From Mobula hypostoma (lineage: Eukaryota): 64,000 nucleotides of DNA. Positions 63,961 to 64,000 of this stretch are shown in pieces (position 1 is the first letter of the stretch; each line of letters starts with the position of its first letter). The stretch is from assembly GCF_963921235.1 (NCBI RefSeq), contig NC_086097.1, positions 111,106,001-111,170,000 of the forward strand. The letters run 5' to 3'. Position numbers and translations under genes: made by a program. A model generated the notes under the pieces. The model was not told the origin of the DNA, made no database searches, and saw nothing but the letters and a program-made list of their open reading frames with translations.

Positions 63961-64000
63961 CTGGAAATTTTCCTAGGTGAAAATCCATGGTCTCATGAGA

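Noticed and set aside
40300..64000. Divergent neighbouring gene upstream of GOLGA4
   Set aside because: No recognisable non-transposon exon found; small exons could have been missed by eye.

Overview
Repeat-dense vertebrate genomic DNA. The repeat set (CR1 with an esterase ORF1, V-SINEs, Penelope, Rex1/Babar, Tc1) suggests a cartilaginous fish, probably a ray; this is inference. The only host gene I recognise is GOLGA4 (golgin-245) on the minus strand: a CpG-rich promoter near 40.1 kb, exon 1 (40049-39990), exon 2 (9672-9574) and a 99-nt probable cassette exon (2125-2027). Most of the rest is transposable elements. These include a Gmr1-type LTR retrotransposon (integrase before RT) inside a five-level nest (CR1 < Rex1/Babar < Gmr1 < Penelope < full-length CR1), and a second Gypsy element carrying a Tc1, a Penelope tail and a solo LTR. 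There is also a canonical non-autonomous Helitron, plus MITEs, SINEs and minisatellites. The most striking RNA-level signal is a Penelope-like family whose 3' repeat carries an ultra-minimal hammerhead ribozyme (AGTC-CTGACGA-stemII-GAAACGTC-GACT, with no stem III loop). It occurs in about 10 copies, often as inverted pairs, and several are sense to the GOLGA4 pre-mRNA. All calls were made by eye and from recalled family motifs; no searches were run.
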